DNA from: an uncultured Gemmatimonadales bacterium
Lineage (GTDB): Bacteria; Gemmatimonadota; Gemmatimonadetes; Gemmatimonadales; Gemmatimonadaceae
Assembly: GCA_963850905.1 (NCBI GenBank)
Contig: CAWKMU010000003.1
Location: forward strand, 1,824,001-1,888,000
Length of the DNA stretch: 64,000 nt
Direction: 5' to 3'
Shown piece by piece: positions 39,597-48,436 of the stretch. The stretch's first letter is position 1. The number at the start of each line of letters is the position of its first letter. The notes beneath the pieces are model-generated. The model searched no databases. It saw only the letters and a list, made by a program, of their open reading frames with translations, and was not told the DNA's origin. A program made the translations under genes and the position numbers.

Positions 39597-40928
39597 TCAC
39601 TTGGCGCTCGTCAACGCCGACGTTTGTTCGACAGTCGGTTGCTCGAGCGTACCAATAATGGCGCGCCAGACCGCGACGCTGTTCCACGTGCACACCACGA
39701 AGAGCGCTGCGAGCAGCCCGCGCCGAGCCCAATGATAGGGGGCCCGGCCAGCGACGAGCCCGGCAAGCATCACGACGAGGGCAATGCCCCAGTGCTGCGA
39801 GTACAGGAACATCTCGGTTCCGTAGAACGTATGCAGCACCCAGTTGAACGCGACCACGAGCGCCGCCGCAATGACGAGGCTGCGCTGTGCAGGAGCGAGG
39901 AATGCGGAGCTCCAGAGCGCGGCGGCGAGGACCAGCAACACGAGCACGCTGCGCCAGGACTCGCCCGGGGGTGAGTGTCCGCGAGCGTGGTAGGTGAGGG
40001 TGAATCGCATCGGCTGACGCAGCCGTGGGTCCCCGGGCGCCTTGAGCGGCGGCGGCGGCATGAACGTGTTGGCCAGCGCGGTCGGGAACTCCACGAGTGC
40101 GCTGCCGATCGCGAACGGATGCAACTCCTCGATTTGACCGGTGGCTGCCGGCGAGAATGCCGGGGCGGCCGAGGATAGTCGCGCCCCGAGCGCATAGAAC
40201 GCTATCGTGCTGAGCAGCGCCGCCGAGGTCACGCCAACCGTCCAGATGACAGCCCGTCGAAGTCCGACCTGCCGAAGGCGCACCGCACACGCGACCAGCG
40301 CAAAGGACACGAGGTTGCTGATGGTCACGCTGGCCATGAGCGTTCCGACCGCGGTCCAACGACCCGTGGCGACGTCGCCCGGGCCCCCACGGAGCGTTCG
40401 CGCGGCGGTTCGGAAGAGAATCGCAAATGCCATCGCGGTCAGACAATAGGACTCCGGAATCGAGCTGAACACCAGGCCCGAGAAGCTGACGAGATACAGC
40501 AGCACCAAGAGAACGGCCCCTGCGAGATCAAGCCCGAGTTCCACGAATGCGAGCAGCAGGGTCGCGGCTGTGACGGCCGACGCGAGCGGGCAAATGCCGT
40601 ATGCAATGTGGCGCGCGGTCCTTTCCGCCGCGACGGTAGGCCGCACGGCATGCGCGGCCGCCGCGAGGGTGATCACGACCGGATACAGCCCGTTGCTGAT
40701 GTTTGGGTGCACAAAACTGCGGCCGCCCCACCGATACGTGTTCCGACCGGTGGAAAAGGCGGTCACGTAGACCGTGGGATCTGCACTGAAGAGCACATCC
40801 CACTCGTGCAGCACCCCGGTCTGCTCGAGTCCACGACCAACCGCGAGATGCAATGCAAGGGCGCCTGCGCCCAGAAGGGCCGCAGCCCATGACCGCGCCC
40901 GTCGAGAGGCAAGGCCGGTGTCGTCCAT
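39597..40928 (-). CDS. Polytopic membrane protein (GT-C-like pattern possible)
   Basis: About 10 hydrophobic segments; VLFSADP, HP, SIPESY and FLYS motifs. Confidence 0.65.
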   Translation of the reverse strand: MDDTGLASRRARSWAAALLGAGALALHLAVGRGLEQTGVLHEWDVLFSADPTVYVTAFSTGRNTYRWGGRSFVHPNISNGLYPVVITLAAAAHAVRPTVAAERTARHIAYGICPLASAVTAATLLLAFVELGLDLAGAVLLVLLYLVSFSGLVFSSIPESYCLTAMAFAILFRTAARTLRGGPGDVATGRWTAVGTLMASVTISNLVSFALVACAVRLRQVGLRRAVIWTVGVTSAALLSTIAFYALGARLSSAAPAFSPAATGQIEELHPFAIGSALVEFPTALANTFMPPPPLKAPGDPRLRQPMRFTLTYHARGHSPPGESWRSVLVLLVLAAALWSSAFLAPAQRSLVIAAALVVAFNWVLHTFYGTEMFLYSQHWGIALVVMLAGLVAGRAPYHWARRGLLAALFVVCTWNSVAVWRAIIGTLEQPTVEQTSALTSAK

Positions 40929-40999
40929 ACACGCGGTCGGCCGCGGCGAATCGCGCGCCACGAGCGCGTGTGGATCACGGAATAGTGCTGTGGGGGCTA

Positions 41000-41034
41000 G
41001 ACGCTAGTCGCTGGACGCTGGACGAGAACCTCGA
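41000..41034. repeat. Half element: (GACGCTR)x3 plus AACCTCGA
   Basis: Same heptamer and core as 44996-45093. Confidence 0.6.
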
Positions 41035-41061
41035 AGCCAGCTGGCCGCGCTCGAGCTCCCT

Positions 41062-41763
41062 TCAGACGGTCCGCACCATCCCGCCATCAACGAGGACGTT
41101 CTGTCCTGTGATGTACGACGCGTCGTCGGACAGCAGGAACGCCGCGGTCCGGCCGATCTCCTCGGTCTCGCCGTAGCGGCGCAGCGGGATGGCCTCAACC
41201 GACGGTGCGGCCTGCGGGCGAGTGGCGATGAAGCCGGGGAGAATGGAGTTGACCCGGACTCCGAGGGGCGCCGCGTACTCCGCGTAGACCCGGGTCCAGG
41301 CCGACAGGGCTGCCCGAAAAACGGATGACACGGGCCGGCCACTCTCTGGAGAGGCGGCAGCATAGCTCGAGATGTTGACGACGGATCCGCCCCCCTGCTG
41401 GTGCATGATCGGCGTCACCAGTCGCGCCATCCGGATGACGCTGGCCAGGATGAGCTGGTACCCGGCGTCCCAGTCTGCGTCGCTCAGCGCCAGTGGGTCT
41501 CCCTTTGGTGGATGTCCCGTGTTGTTCACGACGCCGTCGATCCGACCGTACTGCTCCATCGTATGCGTGACGAGCCGCTCAATGTCGCGCGCTTCCTGCA
41601 CCGATCCGCGGATGGCCGTACCGCCCAAGTCCGCCGCGAGCGCGAGTACCGTGTCACCGCGCGCCATGAGAGCGACGCGATACCCACGTGCAGCCAGCAC
41701 GCGGGCCACGCCCCCACCGATACCCTGACTCGCCGCCGTCACAATCGCGACCCTGGCAGTCAT
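41062..41763 (-). CDS. SDR family oxidoreductase (atypical, SxxxR instead of YxxxK)
   Basis: VTAASQGIG, VNNTG, NISS, VSSVFRAAL, VNSILPG and SYITGQNVLVDGG motifs. Confidence 0.88.
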   Translation of the reverse strand: MTARVAIVTAASQGIGGGVARVLAARGYRVALMARGDTVLALAADLGGTAIRGSVQEARDIERLVTHTMEQYGRIDGVVNNTGHPPKGDPLALSDADWDAGYQLILASVIRMARLVTPIMHQQGGGSVVNISSYAAASPESGRPVSSVFRAALSAWTRVYAEYAAPLGVRVNSILPGFIATRPQAAPSVEAIPLRRYGETEEIGRTAAFLLSDDASYITGQNVLVDGGMVRTV

Positions 41764-42013
41764 GCGTCAGCCGCCCCGTCGGCGAGGTGAGACACGCGAC
41801 GGATCAGCGCACCGTGTAGCCGTCGGTCGTTCATCGTTGATCACAACCTCCGCCCAGGACTGCGGCGCATCGGGAACACTTCCACGAAACCGACCCCTGC
41901 GGTGCATAATACTGTCCAATGAATCCGAGCGTAGGCGAGCGCCGTGTCGCCACCCCGGCCACCCCCGCCACCCCAACCGCCGCCAGCTCCGTCACCCTTT
42001 ATCCTCGACCCTT

Positions 42014-43237
42014 ATGTCACAGCGTTCTCACGCCGCGTTGGCGCTGGCGGCCGGTGTCTTACTCGGCCCGCTCTCCCTTGGCGGTCAAATGACGCCGCGG
42101 CCGCGTGCACGCGATGTCGGGGTCGTCGTCGGCGTATTCACCCCCGGCCCCCTCAACGCAATCACCGACGTCGCGGGCGTCCGAGTGGGACACACGACGA
42201 TTGACGCGGGGGATACGATCCACACCGGTGTCACCGCCATTCTGCCACACGGCGGCAACGTCTTTCGAGAACGAGTGCCCGCCGCCCTTTTCGTGATGAA
42301 TGGCTTCGGGAAGCTCCTCGGCGTGACGCAGCTCCAGGAAAACGCGGAGCTCGAGACGCCGATTCTGCTCACCTGCACCCTGTGCGTATGGCGAGCTGCC
42401 GACGCGATGGTCGGCTGGCTCCTGGCACAACCCGATATGCAGGAGGTGCGGTCGATCAACCCCGCGGTCGGTGAGACCAACGATGGCGGTCTCAACGACA
42501 TCCGGCTGCGGCCAGTCACCGAGGCGGATGTGCGGTCCGCGCTCGAGCATGCCGCAACAGGCCCGGTTGCCGAAGGATCAGTGGGGGCGGGCCGCGGGAC
42601 CGAGGCCCTCGGCTGGAAAGGCGGGATCGGGACGAGCTCCCGGCGCCTCGCACAGCAGTACGGTTCGTATACCGTGGGCGTGCTCGTTCAGAGCAACTTC
42701 GGCGGAGTCCTCTCGATCAACGGGGCGCCGGTCGGTCGCGAGTTGGGGCGCTATGCGTTCCAAACGGCGCTGGAGGGTCACACGCCGGCACCGCCCCAGA
42801 GTGAAGGACGGGGATCGTGCATGGTGATCGTCGCGACCGATGCGCCGCTCTCTTCGCACGACCTCGAGCGACTGGCCAAGCGCGCCGCGCTCGGCATCGG
42901 GCGAACGGGATCGTTTGCGTCCCCGGGGTCCGGTGAGTACGTCGTCGCATTCTCCACCGCGGAATCGGTTCGCCGACGGTACGTTCCGTACTCCCCGCAG
43001 CGACCCGCCATGCCCGTTTACACCTACGGAGAGCTCGGCCACGACGATCTCGCGCCCCTGTTTGAGGCGACCGTCGAAGCGACCGAGGAAGCCATTCTCA
43101 ACTCGATCTTCAAGGCGACGCCGGTGACGTATCGCGGTCGGACGGTCGATGCCCTCCCCATCGACCGCACGCTGTCGATTCTCGAGAAGTACCACGCATT
43201 GCATTGGGACCAGACACTGAAAAAAGGCGGGGCGTAA
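42014..43237 (+). CDS. dmpA: DmpA / peptidase S58 (P1) aminopeptidase with signal peptide
   Basis: GPLNAITDVAGVRVGH, NGFGK, VGETNDG, EGSVGAG, KGGIGTSSR, QSNFG; autocleavage site GS-CMVIVATDAP. Confidence 0.9.
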   Translation: MSQRSHAALALAAGVLLGPLSLGGQMTPRPRARDVGVVVGVFTPGPLNAITDVAGVRVGHTTIDAGDTIHTGVTAILPHGGNVFRERVPAALFVMNGFGKLLGVTQLQENAELETPILLTCTLCVWRAADAMVGWLLAQPDMQEVRSINPAVGETNDGGLNDIRLRPVTEADVRSALEHAATGPVAEGSVGAGRGTEALGWKGGIGTSSRRLAQQYGSYTVGVLVQSNFGGVLSINGAPVGRELGRYAFQTALEGHTPAPPQSEGRGSCMVIVATDAPLSSHDLERLAKRAALGIGRTGSFASPGSGEYVVAFSTAESVRRRYVPYSPQRPAMPVYTYGELGHDDLAPLFEATVEATEEAILNSIFKATPVTYRGRTVDALPIDRTLSILEKYHALHWDQTLKKGGA

Positions 43238-43271
43238 GCGGTCGAGCTCGTCGCCCGGTAAATTGGCGCCC

Positions 43272-44996
43272 ATGATTGCTCCCTGCCCCCACCGTCGACG
43301 GCACCACCGCTACGCGTGTGTATCACATGCGGCTTTTGTCGCCGTGTGTGTCACCGTGCTGGTCCCCGGCCTGGTCCTCGCCCAGCAAGCCCCCGCGCGC
43401 GCCGATCTCATCGTCACCGGCGCCCGGATCTACACGGTCGACGCGGCGCATCCACGGGCCGACGCGCTGGTGATCCGAGGGGCGCGGCTGATGTTCGTGG
43501 GCTCGACGTCTGAGGCGATGACCCTCGCCGGACCGTCCACACGGGTCGTCGACGTGCACGGAGCCACCGTCATTCCGGGGATGACCGATGCCCATGCCCA
43601 CGTCCTAGAGATGGGGCGAGGATTGCAGCGCGCAGACCTTCGATTCGCGTCGTCCTTCGAGGAGGTAGTGCGTCGCGTTGCGGCCCACGCCCAGACGGCC
43701 GCGCCCGGCAGTTGGGTGTACGGCTGGGGATGGGACCAGAATCTGTGGCCGGGCGGGCACTTCCCCACGCACGAAGCCCTGGATCGTGCGCTCGGCGACC
43801 ATCCCGTCGCACTCGATCGAATCGATGGACACGCGGTGCTCGCCAATACACGCGCGATGCAGGCTGCGCACATTGATCGCAATACACCGGACCCCGCGGG
43901 TGGCAAGATCCTTCATGATGCGTCGGGCAATCCCACGGGCGTCTTCGTGGACAATGCGACGTCATTGATTACGCGGGCCGAGCCGGTGCCGACCCCCGCA
44001 GAGCTGCGGGCCGCGCTCCTCGCCGGCGTTCGGGAGTGTAACCGGTGGGGCATCACCGGCGTCCACGACCCCGGTGAAGGCCAACGAGCGCTCGAACAGT
44101 ACGACTCGCTCGCGCGGAGTGGGGCCCTGACACTCCGGGCCTACGTCATGATCGCGGACGACAGTGCGACCCTCGCGACCTACTTCGCCAAAGGTCCCCA
44201 GAGCGCACTCTACGACGGCCATCTCTGGATTCGGGCGGTCAAGCTGTACGCCGATGGTGCGCTGGGGTCGCGAGGCGCGGCGCTCCTCGCGCCGTACGCG
44301 GATGATCCGGGCAACACCGGCCTCATCGTCTCCACACCCGAGCACCTGCGTGACGTCTCGATCCGGGCGCTCCGCGCAGGATTCCAGGTCGCCACCCACG
44401 CCATTGGGGATCGCGGCAACCGGAATGCACTGGATGCGTACGAGGCGGCGCTCAAGGCCATCCCGACGGCGGACCACCGGTTCCGTATCGAGCATGCGCA
44501 GGTGATCGATCCCGCGGACATCCCGAGATTCGCGCAGCTCGGCGTGATCCCGAGCATGCAGGCGGTACATGCGACGAGTGACATGTACTGGGCCGCGGAT
44601 CGATTGGGCCCCTCGCGCGTGCTCTTTGCGTACGCATGGCGGTCGCTCCTCAATACCGGCGTCATCATCCCGGATGGCAGTGACATGCCAGTCGAACGGG
44701 TCAATCCTCTCTTTTCATTTCATGCGGCCGCGACGCGCCAGGACGATCGGGGCTGGCCGCCCGGCGGGTGGTTGCCGGCGCAGCGAATGACGCGCGAAGA
44801 GGCGCTGGAGGGCATGACCCTGTGGGCCGCATATGCCGGGTTCCAGGAGCACGACCTGGGGTCGCTCACGGCCGGCAAGTATGCGGACTTCGTCGTTCTC
44901 GATCGCGATATCATGACCGTCGGCGACAACGACATCCTCGGCACCAAAGTCCTCGCGACGTACGTCGGAGGACGGGCAGTGTATGAGGGGAACTAG
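43272..44996 (+). CDS. Amidohydrolase 3 family (YtcJ-like)
   Basis: PGMTDAHAH, KLYADGALGSRGA, HAIGDR, RIEHAQ, GSDMPVE and GKYADFVVLD motifs. Confidence 0.92.
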   Translation: MIAPCPHRRRHHRYACVSHAAFVAVCVTVLVPGLVLAQQAPARADLIVTGARIYTVDAAHPRADALVIRGARLMFVGSTSEAMTLAGPSTRVVDVHGATVIPGMTDAHAHVLEMGRGLQRADLRFASSFEEVVRRVAAHAQTAAPGSWVYGWGWDQNLWPGGHFPTHEALDRALGDHPVALDRIDGHAVLANTRAMQAAHIDRNTPDPAGGKILHDASGNPTGVFVDNATSLITRAEPVPTPAELRAALLAGVRECNRWGITGVHDPGEGQRALEQYDSLARSGALTLRAYVMIADDSATLATYFAKGPQSALYDGHLWIRAVKLYADGALGSRGAALLAPYADDPGNTGLIVSTPEHLRDVSIRALRAGFQVATHAIGDRGNRNALDAYEAALKAIPTADHRFRIEHAQVIDPADIPRFAQLGVIPSMQAVHATSDMYWAADRLGPSRVLFAYAWRSLLNTGVIIPDGSDMPVERVNPLFSFHAAATRQDDRGWPPGGWLPAQRMTREEALEGMTLWAAYAGFQEHDLGSLTAGKYADFVVLDRDIMTVGDNDILGTKVLATYVGGRAVYEGN

Positions 44997-45093
44997 ACGC
45001 TAGACGCTGGAAAACAAACCTCGACGGGCGGCCGTTGTGCACAGGGCCGATCTTCGAGGTTGCTCCAGCGTCCAGCGTCTAACGTCCAGCGTT
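44996..45093. repeat. Inverted heptamer arrays around an AACCTCGA...TCGAGGTT stem
   Basis: (GACGCTR)x2, core IR at 45017-45024 and 45054-45061, then (YARCGTC)x4; lies between convergent genes. Confidence 0.8.
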
Positions 45094-45588
45094 TAGCTCC
45101 CCCATATACTGCATTTCGTTCGTGCCAACGAAGCCCAACCGTTCGTACAGCCGCCGACCTTCCGCCAATGCGTGCAGCACCAGACTCGCTAATCCACGCT
45201 CTCGAGCCCACGTGAGCACGTGCTCCATCAATTCTCCCGCAATGCCGTGGCGGCGCCACGCGATCTCCGTGAACACATTGAGCACGAGACCTTGTTCCCC
45301 CGCGAGCAGACGCGTGCCAGTATGGTCTGGTCGTGGCAGGATCGGACGAATTTGCACGCCCGCACCCGCGATCACCGTGTCTCGCTCCCCAACAGGAACC
45401 GCAAACCAGCCTACATACTCGCCGGTCGGGATCGCGTGGGTGAAGTATTGCTGCGCGTGCCGGGCCAGGACCGGATACAGGTCGGCATCCAGCTGACCCA
45501 TCGCGCGGAACATCTCGGCTCGGTGTCGGGCCAAGACCTCGGCGTCCTCCACGGTCACTGGCCGCAACCGAACGTCGGCTGGTGGCAT
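45079..45588 (-). CDS. GNAT family N-acetyltransferase
   Basis: NVFTEIAWRRHGIA and LHA-EGRRLYERLGF motifs. Confidence 0.88.
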   Translation of the reverse strand: MPPADVRLRPVTVEDAEVLARHRAEMFRAMGQLDADLYPVLARHAQQYFTHAIPTGEYVGWFAVPVGERDTVIAGAGVQIRPILPRPDHTGTRLLAGEQGLVLNVFTEIAWRRHGIAGELMEHVLTWARERGLASLVLHALAEGRRLYERLGFVGTNEMQYMGELNAGR

Positions 45589-45654
45589 CGGCGAGAAATT
45601 GGGGTGAAGGGCGAGTAGGCGACGAGCTGAAAGACGCCACACCCGGTGATGCCG

Positions 45655-46584
45655 CTACATCCCTGGGACAACGCAGCGCCCGTCGGGCGTCGTATATCCG
45701 TACGCCATCCGCGTCGTCGTGTGGGCGAAGCCGACGCTGCCTGCGCGGTCCATGAGGATGATGCCCCCGGTGCCGCGGCCGCGGTCCCGCAGGAGCGTCA
45801 GACACACCTCCGCGGCGTCGCGTGGCGACCGGCCCGCGCGCAGGAGGTCGACCGCGGTCTTGGACATGACGACGCGCATGATCGCTTCACCTTCCCCAGT
45901 CGCGGACGCCGCCCCCGCCTCACGGTCGGCGTAGCAGCCCGACCCGATGAGCGGAGAATCGCCCACACGGCCAGGATGCTTGAACAAGGTGCCGCCCGTC
46001 GATGTACCGGCGGCGAGCACACCATTTCCGTCGCAGGCTACCGCGCCGACTGTGCCCGTCGCCGACACCGGCGCGAAGTCCGTTTCGCCACGGCGCGGGT
46101 CTTCCCGGCAGCGCTGCCAGATCGTACGCTCCCGCTCGACGATGAGGTCTTGGGGGTCACACAGGGGCATGCCCTGCTCCCGCGCAAACTGTTCGGCGCC
46201 GCTTCCAACGATCATCATGTGCGGGCTGCGCTCGAGCACGCGACGGGCGAGGCGAATCGGGTTACGTACGCAGCTCACGGCAGCGACTGACCCCGCGTTG
46301 AGGGTGGTGCCATCCATGATGATCGCGTCGAGCTGGACCCCGCCGTCGCGATTCAGATGCGATCCCGTCCCCGCGTCGAAGATGGGGTCGTCCTCGAGCA
46401 CTACAATGGCCGCCTCCACGGCGTCCATCGCGGCGCCGCCCCGAGAGAGGACAGCCCACCCCGCCTGGAGCGCCCGCTCGCAGCCGCGCTGACAGTCGTC
46501 CACGGCGTCATCGGGGATGCGCCACGCGCCGCCATGCACTACGAGGGTAGGGGGCCGCGTGGCGGCGTCGGCGGGCGGTCGCAG
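45655..46584 (-). CDS. Isoaspartyl peptidase / L-asparaginase (Ntn hydrolase); start uncertain (CTG46584?)
   Basis: TLVVHGGAW, LEDDPIFDAG, TGTVGAVA (nucleophile Thr), GTSTGG, GRVGDSP and TGEGE motifs. Confidence 0.88.
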   Translation of the reverse strand: MRPPADAATRPPTLVVHGGAWRIPDDAVDDCQRGCERALQAGWAVLSRGGAAMDAVEAAIVVLEDDPIFDAGTGSHLNRDGGVQLDAIIMDGTTLNAGSVAAVSCVRNPIRLARRVLERSPHMMIVGSGAEQFAREQGMPLCDPQDLIVERERTIWQRCREDPRRGETDFAPVSATGTVGAVACDGNGVLAAGTSTGGTLFKHPGRVGDSPLIGSGCYADREAGAASATGEGEAIMRVVMSKTAVDLLRAGRSPRDAAEVCLTLLRDRGRGTGGIILMDRAGSVGFAHTTTRMAYGYTTPDGRCVVPGM

Positions 46585-46608
46585 GTGAGTGTCTACGGTC
46601 TCGTGGCG

Positions 46609-47472
46609 CTACCGCGCGCGGTCCGCTATCACGAACACGTAGTCGCCGACTGGAATGTCCGCTGCGGCCGGTTCTCGCGTCTCGGGAAACGAGGCGTCAT
46701 GCATGACCGTGCGGACGCGACCGGAGGCAACGTCGCGGCGAAGGGCCGCGCACCCGGAAGCCTCTTCGTCGAGCGACGCCATCGTCGAGAAACTCCACAT
46801 GCCCGCCCGCACAGCGGGATTGAGATACAGCTCGGGCCGGTGCTTCCCGCTGTACAGGAAGAGATCCTCGACGTTGGGCGGCACGACATACGGCTCCGTC
46901 CGCACGTTGATGAACCCGGCGGCTCTCAGCGCATCGATGATCTGCTGCATCGGATGCGCCTGCGCGGCTACGCGAGCGACCATGTCTGGGAAGTACGCGC
47001 GAAGCCAATATCGGCGGATCTGGGCCGGCGTCGCGGTGAAAATGACCAGTGGCCCGCGCGTCAGCACCCGTCCCACCTCGAGAACCGACGCCTCGAGATC
47101 ATCGAAGTAGCGAAGGGCCAGCGTGCAGGTGGCGCCGTGGAACGCCCCGTCTTGAAACGGCAGTCGGCTCACGTCGCCCACGGCCCATTGCGGGCGACGC
47201 AGCCAGCGTGCGGGCGTGTCGCGCCGGGCTACTGCCGGCACCGATTTGCCAGCCGCCGCGGCAATCATCCGGGGTGAAGCATCCACCCCCGTCACCGAGA
47301 CTCCGGCGGTGGCCAACGCCCAGCTGTAGTTCCCCGTCCCGCAGGCCACGTCAATGTATCGCTCGTTCGGCGCTGGATCGAGATGGGCGAGCAGTCGCGC
47401 GACGATATAGGAGTCGGCGCGGCGCGTGGCGTCGTATGCGCTACCGATGCGGTCGTAGAGGGCTGCCGGCAT
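46609..47472 (-). CDS. Class I SAM-dependent methyltransferase
   Basis: YDRIGSAYDATRRAD, IDVACGTGNYS and LPFQDGAF motifs. Confidence 0.88.
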   Translation of the reverse strand: MPAALYDRIGSAYDATRRADSYIVARLLAHLDPAPNERYIDVACGTGNYSWALATAGVSVTGVDASPRMIAAAAGKSVPAVARRDTPARWLRRPQWAVGDVSRLPFQDGAFHGATCTLALRYFDDLEASVLEVGRVLTRGPLVIFTATPAQIRRYWLRAYFPDMVARVAAQAHPMQQIIDALRAAGFINVRTEPYVVPPNVEDLFLYSGKHRPELYLNPAVRAGMWSFSTMASLDEEASGCAALRRDVASGRVRTVMHDASFPETREPAAADIPVGDYVFVIADRAR

Positions 47473-47639
47473 GCTCGAATCGCAGAATTAGTGGCAATGA
47501 TGCATCGCGGGCACCGTCTCGCAATGCACATCGGGTCGCAAAGCGATTTTCTTACCGTCCATTGTCCCACGAGCGGATGCCGTAACGCACGGACGGCGCA
47601 CCCGGGGGTCACGGTGACAAGTCATCGTCCCGAAAGCGA

Positions 47640-47657
47640 ATGTAACGTGATGTAACG
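47640..47657. promoter_or_regulatory. Direct repeat ATGTAACG-N2-ATGTAACG, possible response-regulator box
   Basis: 10-bp periodicity inside a 434-nt divergent intergenic region. Confidence 0.35.
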
Positions 47658-47906
47658 ATCGTGTATCGCGCAGGGCCGCGTATGGGCCCACCACAGGTTC
47701 ACGGTTTGAGACTCCCGCACCGCCCGGGCGCGACGGGTCCGTGGAATGCCTCGCATACACCAAAACGGGCACTTGTCAAGCGGGTACGGCGCCCCGTTAA
47801 GCCCCTGGAAAGCGTCCTTGCGCACCCACCATCGGGAAGGCGTACTTTGCCATGTGAGTGGCCGCCCACGCTGTGGGGCCGGCCGACACCCTTCAGAGGT
47901 CGTTGC

Positions 47907-48233
47907 ATGCTGACGGACGTAGCCCAGCTCCATTCCTCCCCCTCCAACCCGCCTCCAGTGCCTCGGAACACCGTTACAGAGGCGGTCGTCGACTTGGCGC
48001 GCCCACACGCTTCGAAGCTCGATCTCGTGGCTGCGCGAGGGCGCCTTCGGGACGCTCTGACGTCGTACGTGCGATCATTGCGGGCAAGCGGTGCGTCGCC
48101 GAGCAATGTATTTACGCACACAAACGCCCTCCTCCGGCAAGCCCTGTCCGGAATTGCGCCGGCCCGCCTCTCCGGGGAGATCCGTGACGCCGTCCGCCGA
48201 TGGGCGGTCGCGGCCTACGACCGGGCGGACTAG
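47907..48233 (+). CDS. Small hypothetical helical protein
   Basis: GAGGT RBS; LRDALTSYVRSLRASGASP...RRWAVAAY. Confidence 0.6.
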   Translation: MLTDVAQLHSSPSNPPPVPRNTVTEAVVDLARPHASKLDLVAARGRLRDALTSYVRSLRASGASPSNVFTHTNALLRQALSGIAPARLSGEIRDAVRRWAVAAYDRAD

Positions 48234-48371
48234 CGCCCTGCGCGCTAGCCAGTAGACGCACACCAGGTAGAGAGTAGGCCAGAGTCCAAACGCCCCGCTG
48301 GGCATTTAGGGGTCGCCTGGCATCGGGGGAATTGGACCAAGGGCGTACGGTGGCCCCGTGCCGGGGTCGGC

Positions 48372-48400
48372 TTGACGGCGTGTGATGCCGCCCGTACGAT
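48372..48400 (+). promoter_or_regulatory. Sigma-70-like promoter TTGACG-17-TACGAT
   Basis: Near-consensus boxes with a 17-nt spacer, 36 nt before the S9 peptidase ATG. Confidence 0.6.
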
Positions 48401-48436
48401 CTCAGCCCGATCAGAACCCATCGTCCGGAGCACATC

